From positions 105,712,001 through 105,776,000 of the forward strand of contig CM059431.1 in NCBI GenBank assembly GCA_030390025.1: DNA of 64,000 nucleotides, read 5' to 3'. The notes under the pieces are model-generated. The model was not told where the DNA came from. It worked only from the letters and a program-made list of their open reading frames with translations, and did no database searches. This document shows positions 12,020-24,213 of the stretch, piece by piece (positions within the stretch are counted from its first letter, which is position 1; the number at the start of each line of letters is the position of its first letter). Source of the DNA: Squalus acanthias (lineage: Eukaryota). The translations under genes were made by a program, and so were the position numbers.

Positions 12020-12815
12020 GAGGCAGTGGGTTTAAATTAGACACTAGTCTTTTATCTCCGAGACCTTCGCTCAATCCAGTCCAGATTGATGGGCGTTCCT
12101 ACAAGGTATCGGCACACAGCAGAACACTTCCCCAAATTCAACACTAAATTGGGAATTGTTAGAACTTGCTTCTGTGTCAGGTGTCCCATCATATCTCTAG
12201 GCCATTGTCCGATTAGGATATGCTAATATTGGAGATTAGTCAGAACAATGGAAGTAGCAACTAGCAGACATGTTGGCTACATCGCATGTGAGATGCGAGT
12301 ATCAGGTATTGACCAGAACAATGGAAGCACCCAAATAGGATCACATTAACTATTTGGGATTGTCTAGGTCATCCTGTTCCTTTTGTAATATTAAGGCCAC
12401 ATGTCAGGTTGAACTGATTAACAGTTAAACCATCAAGATGGCTATTATGTCAAGTCTGGAGGTTTCACGAGAAGGAACCTCACTTCAATATACAGTCTGG
12501 GCATCATGTGATATGACACACAAAAAAGGGGGATACAAAGAACAGGAAACAAACAGCCTTCTTGAGTTAGAGCTCACGGGACGGTCGGAAGTCCAACACC
12601 TACGGAGGCCAAGCTTGATCACCTCGGGTCAGCAGGAAACCAGGTTGTTTGAGTCTATTGTATAACTGTAATAGTTATTATACTATTGGTGTCTGAGTAA
12701 TAAACTTGCATTTGGACAATACGCTCGAGCCTGAATCACGAGGAATCATTTAATTGAGTTTAAGAGATTTCCTTACAGCAATCTCACTCAGAGACACTGC
12801 AGGTTGGCTCTACAG
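12020..12815 (+). mobile_element. Ancient tRNA-derived SINE (LF-SINE-like), split by an LTR insertion
   Basis: Degenerate tRNA-like head at 12020-12095; AAATTGG(G/C)AAT|CTCACTCAGAG reads through the insertion; family call is from memory of the consensus. Confidence 0.35.
12157..12777 (+). mobile_element. Probable solo LTR
   Basis: TGT...ACA termini; 5-bp TSD GGAAT/GCAAT; AATAAA at 12698; no internal coding sequence. Confidence 0.5.
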
Positions 12816-12860
12816 TGTGCAAAATGGAAATTTGACAATAATGGTTACTAAAATATTGCA

Positions 12861-13378
12861 AATACAAACAGAAAACGCTGGGAATACTCAGCAGGTCAGG
12901 CAGCATCTGTAGAGCGAGAAACAGAGTCAATGTTTCAGGTCGATGACCCTTCGTTAGAACTGGAAAAAGTTGGAGATGTAACAGGTTTTTAAGCAAGTGC
13001 AGAGGCAGGGAAAGGGGGGAGGGGAGGATAGAACAAAAGGGAAGGTCTGTGATAGGATAGAAGACAGGAGAGATTAAGAGACAAAAGGGATGATGGTGCA
13101 AGGCAAAAGGAGATGGTAATGGGACAAGTTAAGAAACAAAAGATGACTCTAGATGAAGTGTAAATGGCAATGGCAGGATGATCGACAGCTGCCATGTGAG
13201 AGAGAGAAAAAAAAAACCTGTTACATCTCCAACTTTTTCCAGTTCTGACGAAGGGTCATCGACCTGAAACGTTGACTCTGTTCCTCTCTCCACAGACGCT
13301 GCCTGACCTGCTGAGTATTTCCAGCATTTTCTGTTTTTATTTCAGATTTCCAGCATCTGCAGTATTTTGCTTTTGTAT
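12861..13378. mobile_element. Penelope-type family A element with inverted terminal repeats, each carrying a hammerhead motif
   Basis: 12-bp TSD TAAAATATTGCA (12849-12860, 13379-13390); ~12861-12990 is the reverse complement of ~13212-13342. Confidence 0.8.
13241..13277 (+). ncRNA. Minimal hammerhead ribozyme motif (family A), intact core
   Basis: AGTT CTGACGA A GGGTC-ATC-GACCT GAAA CGTT GACT; the opposite-strand partner at 12925-12961 has core mutations. Confidence 0.72.
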
Positions 13379-14027
13379 TAAAATATTGCAGCCTTATTCA
13401 GGCTATGTACATTGCTTCTGTTGGAGAATTCCTCTTCACGGACTTGCATTATATTGAATATGCTTTCCTGACATTAGGTTGTTATGCACCTTATCGTGGA
13501 TTCTTTCCATTAAAGATCATTTTTTTAAATTAAACATGGACAAGAGTCAATTCTGGAATTTTGGGCAAATACATGATACAATTTTCAACAAAAGTCAAAA
13601 ACTTACCAAGCCAATTTGTATCAATTTACTTGTACTGCAGTGCTGTTTCTGGCAATCCACTACAGGTTCAATTTTAGTAACCTTACAGTGATTGCATTAT
13701 GAATTTGTTCCTTGATATTTTTGCCCAGAACGGTAACTCTCTGAGCTGAATTTGAATTGGCCAGTTAGGTGTAGCAATGCCAGAGGCCTAGAGCCTAAAG
13801 GCTGCGGAGCAGGAGGCCAATCACGATAGGAGTGGGTCATCTCGATGGCAGCAGCGGGAACAGGGACAGTCAGGGGACCTGGAAAACTTAATATGTATAT
13901 ATATTTTTTTAATCATTTTGATTTTAATTTTCAAAAAATACCTGAAAGGCCTCAAGCAACACCACTGAGGCTTGTGAGGTCTTAAAGGTAAGTAGGCAAA
14001 AATGCTTCTACCTTGAAGATCAAATGT

Positions 14028-14356
14028 ATTCGTTCATGGGAAGTGGGCGTCACTGGCAAGGCCAGCATTTATTGCCCATCCCTAATTGTCCTCAAGAAGG
14101 TGTTGGTGAGCCACCTACTTGAACTGCTGCAGTCCGTGTGGTGAAGGTGCTCCCACAGTGCTGTTAGGGAGGGAGTTCCAGGATTTTGACCCAGCGACAA
14201 TGAAGGAACAGCCAATATACTTCCAAGTCAGGATGGTGTGTGACTTGGAGGGGAACTTGGAGGTGGTGGTGTTCCCATGCACCTACTGCCCTTGTCCTTC
14301 TAGGTGGATGAGTTTGCGGGTTTGGGAGGTGTGGCCGAAGAAGCCTTGGCGAGTTA
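14028..14356 (-). mobile_element. 3' end of a third CR1/L2-clade LINE family
   Basis: Close match to 44773-45110 and 59167-59366; minus-strand SKSWNSLP motif. Confidence 0.8.
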
Positions 14357-15258
14357 CGGCAGGACTTTAGTACTAAAAAAAACCCAGATAAGCATGGCAG
14401 ATAACATGGCAAAAGTGTGACAGATAAACTGGTAGTGTTAAACTGGCAAAAGTGTGTGCAGGTGCAAACATTTTAATATATAAAATAGACGTAGAGCTAA
14501 TAATGATTTATGGCAGTTTATCTTTTCCCCACTCTTATTTTCAACCAGTCAAAGTTACAAATGGCTAGGATTTTATCTGAAGAAATTCATTTTTGTCAGA
14601 GACAAAAGTAGAGGATTAGACCTAGAAGGACAAACACTGTCTCTTCCTCTTCAGTTCTCTCGCTCAATTGGTCAGGTGATTGTTTCTCTCCATTTCCAAT
14701 ATTCCTTTTGATTCTCATTACTATTTCTCTGCTGCTGGTCTTTTGCTGATGTCACTGCTCCATCACCCACTCCATCGGTCTTCATTTTCTCCATTCCCGG
14801 CCTCTACTGCTAGTGATTCCACACTTACTCTTTTCTTACATTTCCCGTTTCTCTGCTCGCCAGCTTTTCTCCTTCTCCCGAGTCTTCCCTGTAGATTCGG
14901 ACCCATTTACCAAAACCCTGCAGCATCAAGACCTGTGGCAATTATATTAAAAGCTCCCTACTGATGTGAACACTTACTTGGCTGCACAAGCACAGACTGG
15001 TGTCTCATTAACTGGAAGTGAACCACATCACAGAACTCCGCAGCCTAATAATAAGCCCACCATAGGACTTTTGTGCAGCTTAACTTGCAATATTTTCTTC
15101 AACTAAACTCGCATTTAATTTTAAGTATAGGGGGCATATTTTTCTTTCTAGTTATTGGACGTTCAGCATTGCCAGGGCAGGTGACACAAGAGGAAAATTG
15201 GACAGGGAGGAGCTGCATGCCTGTAGCTGAACCAGCCAACCTGCTGTCCATTTTAATT

Positions 15259-15820
15259 GAGAAGTCGCACAACACCAGGTTATAGTCCAACAGTTTTATT
15301 TGAAATCACAAGCTTTCGGAGCTGCTGCCCCTTCGTCAGGTGAAGTGAAGGAATACGAATCGGCAAAGCATATATAGACAGAGAACAATGCCTGTGTAGC
15401 GTACAATGTCAGACGACTACAGTTAATCTTTCTGACTGCCTTTTATCACACCTGGGCAGAGAAACAATCAGGTCAGTCAGGAAGGCATTATATCCAAGAC
15501 ATAGCAAGATACAACTAAGACAATGAGGTGGGGTCACAGGGGGTCTAATGTGTTAAACGCAGTCTGTATGGAAAAACATAAACTTTAAACTTTTTACTTT
15601 TTTTCACTGGAAATCACATCTGTGAACAAGCCAACGACGACTCGAGTCTGGATGACTCTACGTCATGTAGCGTGACATGAACCCAAGATCCCGGTTGAGG
15701 CCGTCCTCATGGGTGCGGAACTTGGCTATCAGTTTCTGCTCGATGATTTTGCGTTGTCGTGTGTCTCGAAGGCCGCCTTGGAGAACGCTTACCCACAGAT
15801 CCGAGGCTGAATGTCCTTGA
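15259..15820 (-). mobile_element. Penelope-like element 3' fragment (family B): GIY-YIG endonuclease C-terminus plus terminal repeat with hammerhead
   Basis: ORF GHSASDLWVSVLQGGLRDTRQRKIIEQKLIAKFRTHEDGLNRDLGFMSRY (GLN.D.GF end typical of PLE endonucleases); downstream repeat nearly identical to 17431-17517. Confidence 0.85.
15307..15342 (-). ncRNA. Minimal hammerhead ribozyme motif (family B)
   Basis: Minus strand CAC CTGACGA A GGGGC-AGCA-GCTCC GAAA GCTT GTG; palindromic AAGCTT helix III. Confidence 0.72.
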
Positions 15821-16365
15821 CTGCATTTTAATTGATGCATGGAGAAATCGGGCAGGCCCTGTTACAATAGATTGGCCTCTCTATGCTCCTCCCAAGGTAC
15901 ACCCAAGGGCTAAAGAGGACAATCTGCCTCTCCAAGTTTCATACAAACTGGGGATGCAAGAGCTGCCCGCCTGTTTCTGGGCATTCTAGTCACTTGCTCC
16001 TGCCTGCAACCAAATTCTCACGTTGGCCATTGTTCTACTCTGAAATGGCCAACGTGAAAGCTGAGCTGTCAGTACAACAAAGGTGAATTTCCACAGGGGC
16101 TTCTCCGGATCATCCACCATCGCTTCAGTGCAAGACCTGCAGAAACACCAGAGAAACAGCATTTAATCCACTTTTCCGGGGTTTCGCGCGGATCTTCCGC
16201 TGAAGTTACAGCGGACGACTGGGACCGCGGAGATTCAGCTCCCCGTTTGTCTGAATCCCTCCGTGATGGTACATTTCCTGGTATGTAACACAGTCAATGT
16301 CGGATGTGGTGGCCTTGCATGTCAACTTCATGCTCTGGAAATTGAGTGGCTTACTTCCCTTCTTC

Positions 16366-16845
16366 ATAGAGAAACTTATAGAATAATACAGCGAGGAAGG
16401 AGCCCATTCGGCCCATCGTGCCTGTGCCGGCTCTTTGAAAGGGCTGTCCAATTAGTCCCACTCCCCCTGCACTTTCCCCAGAGCCCTGCGAATGTTTCCT
16501 TTTCAAGTATAACAAAAACAGATTACCTGGTCATTATCACATTGCAGTTTCTGGGACCTTGCTGTACGCAAATTGGCTGCTGCGTTTCCCACATTACAAC
16601 AGTGACTCCACTTCAAAAAGTACTTCATCGGCTGTAAAGCGATTTGAGACGTCCGGCAGTCATGAAAGGCGCTATATAAATGCAAGTCTTTCTTTCTATT
16701 TATCCAATTCCCTTTTCAAAGTTACTATTGAATCTGTTTCCACCGTCCTTTCAGGCAGTGCATTCCAGATCACAGCAACTCGTTGAGTTATAAAAAAAAT
16801 TCTCATCTCCCCACGGCTTTTTTGCCAATTATCTGGTTACCAAAC
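16366..16845 (-). mobile_element. CR1 LINE 3' end interrupted by a SINE tail (16507-16697, + strand)
   Basis: CR1 tail matches 63286-63550, where it is uninterrupted; insert matches the SINE 3' half. Confidence 0.85.
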
Positions 16846-17391
16846 TTTATGTCCACTTTCTCCGGCTCTCACAGTACTGTGCATTCCAGTGGGAGCTGGT
16901 CTACAGTATACTATCTGTACCGGTTAACTGGCTGTTTATCTATTTGAGCAGCATTGTCGCTTTCCGACTGGCCGCTCAGCTGAGGCACAGAGACTGGGAT
17001 GACCGCCGGTGGCGCCTGATTGACACTCAGCCCAGGAGGCCTGTGCTGCTCCACGGCACAGGCCTCATTACAGCACTGATTCAGGGTACGTTGAGTGCAT
17101 GTCCTTGCTGCCCCAGGAATTGTGATGAGTCGCGCTCTTGACACCAGCCCTTCAAAAGCCGCAGCAATGCAGACTCCTGCAAGCAACCAGAAACAGTTTC
17201 AAAACTGTCCGAACTGACCTTTTAGAGATAAGTGTGTGTTTTTTTTTCCGTTGCACTTTTGGTGTCTTGACTTCGCACCATTGCCCATTTCTTTGGATTA
17301 GATACTCATTTGTTCCCCTTTTTTGCTTGTTTTCAAATATACTTGCTGGACTCACCACTCAACGTAGGCTGCTCTGCCTGTCCCCTGGATG

Positions 17392-17613
17392 ATGTGGAGA
17401 TGCCGGTGTTGGACTGGGGTGGACAAATGTGAGAAGTCGCACAACACCAGGTTATAGTCCAACAGTTTTATTTGAAATCACAAGCTTTCGGAGCGCTGCT
17501 CCTTCGTCAGGTGAAGTCTTCACCTGACGAAGGAGCAGCGCTCCGAAAGCTTGTGATTTCAAATAAAACTGTTGGACTATAACCTGGTGTTGTGCGACTT
17601 CTCACATTTGTCC
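17392..17613. mobile_element. Penelope family B terminal-repeat-only insertion forming a perfect palindrome
   Basis: 96-bp perfect arms 17421-17516 / 17518-17613 with a 1-nt centre; flanking direct repeat TGTCCCCTGGATG (17379-17391, 17609-17621). Confidence 0.9.
17521..17555 (+). ncRNA. Minimal hammerhead ribozyme motif (family B); identical copy on the minus strand at 17479-17513
   Basis: CAC CTGACGA A GGAGC-AGC-GCTCC GAAA GCTT GTG. Confidence 0.75.
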
Positions 17614-18534
17614 CCTGGATGTTAGCGCTTTCCTGCCTCATGCCGCCACAAAAAAAAGAAAATGCCCAATTTCATTCCATGCCGCCGGCAGGAAGTGCAG
17701 GTGCCACTGTAAGAAGTTGCAGCAGGACGTTTCTGCTCTTGCCTAGGAATTCCTGCCCTTTGCACCACCAGAGCATAACTCAAATTGCACCAGCTGCCTT
17801 TAAATGAGGCGACAGAGGTGAAACTTTGTGGGCCAAGAGCGTGAAACCTGCCGGACAAAATACACAAGTGCCACATGTGTACCAGGAGCAGGATTTCATT
17901 CCACCGCCCCCCGCCCTCAAACTAACTAAAAACACTGAGTTAAGCTTTAATCCCTTCTTATCTCTATTGCAATATTGTTACAACCTCAATAGCACTCAAC
18001 AACATTTAATATGCCATTAAGTTCATTATAGTCTTTAAAGGGCACTGTCCTCATGACGAAGTGTTTGGCATTTTCACTTGTTTACAAACGCGCGGTGACA
18101 ACGACATGAATTGCCTTGTCATATGTACGTGACACCATTGTGCCGAAAATTATGCATGGTTCTCTTGACTTTGCTTCCTTTCCAGGCAGAAGAAAACAGG
18201 TTTTCCAAATCTGTTTTAAAGACTGCGCCTGTAAGATATTCCAAACTCAAAGCAATGGGAAAAAAAATCAGACAATGTACCATCCTCCAACTGCTGGCAG
18301 AAAGAACGGGAATTGATAGAGGTTCACTAAATGGGATTATTAACCTCCACCTCCACCCATAATTAAAAGAAGTCTCTCGAGCAACAGCTGAAGGAATTTA
18401 ACTCTTTTTAACCATGTTATACCATAAACAAGTCTAACTATTATTAGAAATGCCCAGTCAGCAAAATGCAGACAATTAACTGCTCACTTTTGTTTCAATT
18501 TAAGCTTCAAAATTACGAGGGGGTTTTGAAGGAG

Positions 18535-18863
18535 TAAGTAGGGAGGAACTGTATCCACTGACAGGAGGATTGGGTAACCAGAGGACACAGATTGAAGTTC
18601 ATTGGCAAAAGAACGAAAGGGGAGATTAGGATTTTTTTTTTTTACACAGCGAGTTGATCCGGAATGCGCTGCCTGAAAGGGCGGTGGAAGCAGATTCACT
18701 AGTAACTTTCAAAAGGGAATTGGATAAATACTTGAAATAGGGGGAAAAAATTGCAGAGCTCTGGGGAAAGAGCAGGGGAAGTGGGACTAATTGGAGAGCT
18801 CTTTCAAAGAGCCGGCACAGGCACGATGGGCCGAATGGCCTCTTTCTGTGCTGTATGACTCTA
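18535..18863 (+). mobile_element. CR1 LINE 3' end
   Basis: TTTTTACACAGCGAG...GGAATGCGCTGCCTGAAAGG and tail GGGCCGAATGGCCT...GTATGACTCTA. Confidence 0.85.
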
Positions 18864-19869
18864 ACCTCATTACATGATTGCTGCCTCTTTTAATTCTTCA
18901 ATTGTTCCATTATGGTGCTCACTTATTTTAATGTGGGCATGGAATCTGTGCTTTTCCCTTGTTGTTCCTGGCCCATACAGCTTCTGCTGCACAATTGAGA
19001 TGGTAGGTTGGTATCCTGCTCCAATCCTCCACTAATCCCTTTTCAATCTGGCTGCTAAACCGCAATAATCCTTAGAGCTAAGTAGCTTTTTCTTTAGCAT
19101 GTTTCCCAGCACAAGGTGAGTTTATGACCCTTGCTGATCTTGAATATTTATCAATGGGGAAAAATGCCAGCGTGGAAAGATTTGCCCATTAAGCACAGGG
19201 AAAGTTGGAAGAGTACAATGGGATCTGATAGTCCTTCACAGGATGTGATAAATAAATGGAAATGGTAGGGATCTGGGGAGCAAATTGGGGAGTAAGAGAA
19301 TTAGATAATGAAGAATACTTGTAAAATAAGACATATCAGCCCGGATTTTGTGTCGAGAATAACAGTGAGGCTATCAGCGCTCACCGTTATTATGGAGTAA
19401 ATCGGACAGCAACTTCCGGAGTACGGACATGCACAGTTAAATGCAGAAATCCTGAAGTTGCAGTCCGAGTTACCCTGCTCCTCCACAGGCTGCAATATAA
19501 CAGTACCTCGCCGATGGATTTCAAGACCAAGTCTATGTAACAGCGTGAAGTTACAGTACTTATCCACTAAACACACCAGAAAAAGGTGGGCTGGTGTATT
19601 CAGGGGAAAGCACATTTTAACGGTGTAATAATTCTTAATTATTGCAAAACACTCTCTCTGGCACTGAAAATATAATTTTACAAGTGTGGAGTCTCATTCC
19701 TTCTGAACTTAATTAGTGTTGGTGATTTAAAAAAATAAATAATTAAAAAAAAAATTCTGTCTGTATCTTTTATCTCTCTCTCTCTTAGTACCATCTTTCT
19801 TTCCCAATCTTTATCTGGCTTTCTGTACATGATTTAAATCAAAGTTATACTTCCTGCTTTAAACTCTGC

Positions 19870-22800
19870 GGGGTTGGTTTTTACCAACCTTGGCGGGTCC
19901 ATGGCGGGCCCCGAACCCGCTGCTGGCTCCGGCCCGCTGTCCAGAATGATTTTCCCGATTAGGCTTGTTATGCCCACCCAGAGCGTTTCCTGGCCAGTTG
20001 AAGGAAGCGGATCTGATGACGTTATTTGATGACGCGTCATAGAAACATAGAAGATAGAAGCAGGAGTAGGCCATTCGGCCCCTCGAGCCTGCTCCGCCAT
20101 TCGATGAGATCATGGCTGATCATCCAAATTCAGTACACTGTCCCCGCTTTCTCCCCATATCCCTTGATACCTTTAGCCTTAAGAAATATATCTAACTCCT
20201 TCTTGAATATATTTACTGACTTGGCCTCAACTGCCTTCTGTGGTAGAGAATTCCACAGGTTCACCACTCTCTGGGTGAAGAAAGTCCTCCTCATCTCTGT
20301 CCTAAATGGCTTACCCCTTATCTTTATACTGTGACCTCTTGTTCTGAACTCACCCGCCATCGGGAACATCCTTCCTGCATCTAGTCTGTCTAGCCCTGTT
20401 AGAATTTTATAAGTTTCAATGAGATCTCCTCTCATTCTTCTAAACTCCAGTGAGTATAAGCCCAATCGACCCAATCTCTCCTCGTACGTCATTCCTGCCA
20501 TCCCAGGTATCAGTCTGGTGAATCTTCGCTGCACACCCTCCATGGCAAGAACATCCATCCTCAGATAAGGCGACCAAAACTGCACACAATACTCAAGGTG
20601 TGGTCTCACCAAGGCCCTGTACAGCTGCCGCAAGACATCCTTGTTCCTGTACTCAAACCCTCTCGCTACGAAGGCCAACATACCATTTGCCTTCTTAACC
20701 GCCTGATGTACCTTCATGCTTACCTTCAGCGACTGGTGCACAAGGACATCCAGGTCTCGTTGCACTTCCCCTTCTCCCAATCGATTGCTGTTCAGATAAT
20801 AATCTGCCTTTCTGTTTTTGCCACCAAAGTGGATAACCTCGCATTTATCCACATTATACTGCATCTGCCATGCTTCTGCCCAATCACCCAACCTGTCCAA
20901 ATCATACTGGAGTTTCTAGGCATCTCCTCGCAGCACACACACCCACCCAGCTTTGTGTCATCTGTAAACTTGGAGATATTACATCTAGTTCCCTCATCTA
21001 GATCATTAATATATATAGTGAATAGCTGGGGTCCTAGGACCGATCCCTGCGGAACCCACTAGTCACTGCCTGCACTCGGAAAAAGACCCGTTTATTCCAA
21101 CTCTTTGCTTCCTGTCTGCCAACCAGTTTTCTATCCGAGTCAGTACCTTGCCCCCAATCCCATGTGCCTTAACTTTACACACTAATATCTTATGCGGGAC
21201 CTTATCGAAAGCCTTCTGAAAGTCCAAATACAGCACATCCACTGGTTCTCCCTTAACTATTCTATCAGTTACATCCTCAAAAAATTCCAGTAGATTAGTC
21301 AAGCACGATTTACCTTTTGTAAATCCATGTTGACTTTGTCCAATCCTGTCACTGTTTTCCAAGTGCTCTGCTATTACATCTTTTATAATGGACTCTAGCA
21401 TTTTCCCCACAACCGATGTCAGGCTTACCGGTCTATAATTCCCCGTTTTTTCTTTACCACCTTTTTTGAACAGTGGGGTAACATTAGCTACCCTCCAATC
21501 CATGGGAACTGTTCCAGAGTCTACAGAGTCATCAGCTGGTTTCCTTAAAGGGATCATGTCCAAATTTAGTTTGACATTTGTGCTGTCAGTGTTCTACAGC
21601 ATTGAGGTGCTGCAAACACTGACAAGCACTGCACAAAGGTGCAGGGCTGCACCCAGGCTCTCCCATGACTCCCTCCATATGCTTATGGTGGGAGTTACAG
21701 CAAGCAGAGATGTTCTCTTCCCTTCCAATGGGCGGAAGAGACCTCCTCAGGAGACCAACGCAGTCTGGTTGCACATTGCACAGGTAGACACAAGCGGGGA
21801 TGTCATAAGGAGGGCCAGGCTGCAGTGGCACAAACCTTTCAATGATCTCAGTAGATCACAAAACATTAGTACAAAGCCACACTCAACCTCATCCTGCTGT
21901 GCCACTTATCACATCTGCATCACTCTGCCTTCCCTACCCTACTCCTGCACATCTTTACTCACACCAAATTACCTTGCACCTCCACCCATCCTCTCTATCT
22001 ACATTATCACTTACCCATCTCATTAGCCACCCCTCACACTCACTCTCATCCTAGTCCAGTCATACCAACTAACAACACACAAGGGTAGGCACCTTTAGCC
22101 AATTTTTAGCCAATGTTCATGTAAAGTTTCGGTTAATGTGCTGTCAAACATTGAAATCTTTATTTTCAACACTTTGCTTTCTTGGACAGATTTGTGTGAA
22201 CCTTTAGAAGTGGCTGAGTGAGTTGCAGTGAATGTTGAGACATAACGGTACCCCCGCAACGGTCATGAGTATGAAATGAATGGCTTGGACATTGTAGGGA
22301 TGCTTTATGGTGTTAGTGTGGGCTGGTGCCAACCAGGCGCATCATGTGGCAGCCAGAGTGTACAGCATCAATTGAAGTAAATCTGGCCATGGTGAGGCCA
22401 TCCCTGGTGTCCCGGACAGCAATGTGATCACGTGCTGATGCCCTGTGTCCTGTGCAGCATCAGTTGATTGCGGAGAAGGTTGATGTTACTATTGGTGCTG
22501 CTAGTGTGCCTGTTGCTGCTGGTTTTGGGGCTGATCGTGGTGGGATTCTGAGGACCAAGGTGAGATAGATTCAAGGGCACCGACGCTGATGCAATAGATG
22601 GCAGGTTAACTTGAGATGACAGAAGCGATCTGTCAATGGTGAGAGAGGTTGTTCCAATGAGGTGACACTGGATAGAGAGTTTACTCCAAACACTTGCAAC
22701 CCGCATAAAGCTCAATCTGTCTTCCAAATGCTGTCAGCAACAGCTTCTGAGCTTAGAAAGTGAACAGATGTGAGATGGGAGTTTTTATAGCACATTTGCA

Positions 22801-23122
22801 GCTGTCAAGTAATGAGATGATCCCATGGTCATACAACTCCCGACCTGCTTACCTGACATGATCCCCGAGCAGCGTGGACCCCATGGGCGACCTCATAAAA
22901 TGTAAAGGTGAGCTCAAAATACTTCTTAATGGGCTGTTAACAAGGTCATAATGACCTGAATTGCCTCCCCCGCCGCTGCGTGTCAGGTCTGTTCAGCGCT
23001 GACAGAACTGACACTGGGAAAGGCAGGTTGCATTTTCCCACCTGACCAGCTGTCAAAAAATACATTTTCCCACCTGACCCGCCACTGAACGCGCCCGCTG
23101 AACCCCCCGAAAAATTTCTCCC
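19870..23122 (+). mobile_element. Second non-autonomous Harbinger element with a degenerate Myb/SANT gene (~21620-21865)
   Basis: TSD TGC (19867-19869, 23123-23125); peptide RAAPRLSHDSLHMLM...VWLHIAQV...FNDL; collinear with 4450-7423. Confidence 0.85.
20040..21525 (-). mobile_element. CR1 LINE, 5'-truncated, RT disrupted by frameshift and stop
   Basis: GNYRPVSLTSVVGK, YLDFQKAFDKVPH, LVRPHLEYCVQFWSP across two broken ORFs; (CATAGAAA)n tail. Confidence 0.95.
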
Positions 23123-23544
23123 TGCGTGTTTCAGTGAGGATTCTTTAATCTGATCTCCTGTAGAGGGCGCCGTACTGAATCAGATGCCTGATGACAGCAA
23201 GTCTACACTCAAGCCAGCGAAAACTCTGGCCAGCTATCAGCACAGTGAAATGCGAGCGCCGTTCCTTTGCCGCTGATCGCTAAATCTGGACCAACACTTT
23301 ATTTGCTATGCTATCATTTATTGACTTGTATTCTAAAGCAAAATAGGCTACGTTTAAAAAAAAAAAATCGCTGTGTTGTGAATGTTTGGTGAAACAGTCC
23401 CACGGCGTCATCTACAATCATAGATAAGTACAGAATGAGAAATACGCCATGTAGATGAGAAAGAGAAAGGGACCATGGATTGATCCTTGGGGGAATTCAG
23501 GAGCAGGAAGGGAAGCCATTGCTGGAGATGCCCTGGCTATGATT

Positions 23545-24130
23545 GTTGGAGGCCAATAATCTCAGCCCCAGGACATCGTTGCAGGAATTCCTCAGGGCAG
23601 TGTCCTAGGCCCAACTATCTTCAGCTGCTTCATCAATGACCTTCCCTCCATCATAAGGTCAGAAGTGGGGCTATTCACTAATGATTGCACAGTGTTCATT
23701 TTCATTCACAATTCCCCAGATAATAACCTGTATCCACATGCAGCAAAACCTGGACAATGTCCAGGCTTGGGCTGATAAGTGCCATGTTACAGTCGTACCA
23801 CACAAGTGCCAGGCAATGACCATCTCCAACGAAAGAAAGCCTAGACTCCTCCCCTTGACAATCAATGGCATTACCATTACCGAATCTGCCACCATCAACA
23901 TCCTAGGGGTCACCATTAACTAGAAACGCAACTGGACCAACTCCATAAATGCTGTGGCTACTAGGACAGGTCAGAGTCTGGTATTCTGTGGAGAATGGCT
24001 CACCTCCTAACTCCCCAAAGGCACAAGTTATGAATGTGAAAGAATACTCTCCACTTGCCTGGATGGGTGCAGCTGCAACAACACTGAAGAAGCTCGGCAC
24101 CATCCAAGACTTCATTAGCACCCAATCCAC
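23545..24130 (+). mobile_element. Degenerate RT fragment of the third CR1/L2-clade LINE family
   Basis: GIPQGSVLGPTIFSCFINDLPSIIRSEVGLF; inverted homolog at 57062-57505. Confidence 0.75.
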
Positions 24131-24213
24131 CAGCTTAAAAAGCCCTTCCCCCCACCGTCCCCCTCGACCGGTGCCCCGTGGCACTGCGGTTAGGAATGTG
24201 AGGAATAGGAATT

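Larger units (their letters stand above)
19338..23292. mobile_element. Harbinger-type MITE split by a nested Harbinger-Myb element
   Basis: 19338-19869 plus 23123-23292 together form an inverted copy of the uninterrupted MITE at 30561-31308. Confidence 0.8.

Noticed and set aside
17421..17613. miRNA precursor or TIR-type MITE
   Set aside because: The arm sequence also occurs as the terminal repeat of the Penelope fragment at 15259, which explains it better
20598..21062. Antisense ORFs over LINE copies (also 5191-5649, 40801-41076)
   Set aside because: Shadow frames of CR1 ORF2; they recur only because the repeat recurs
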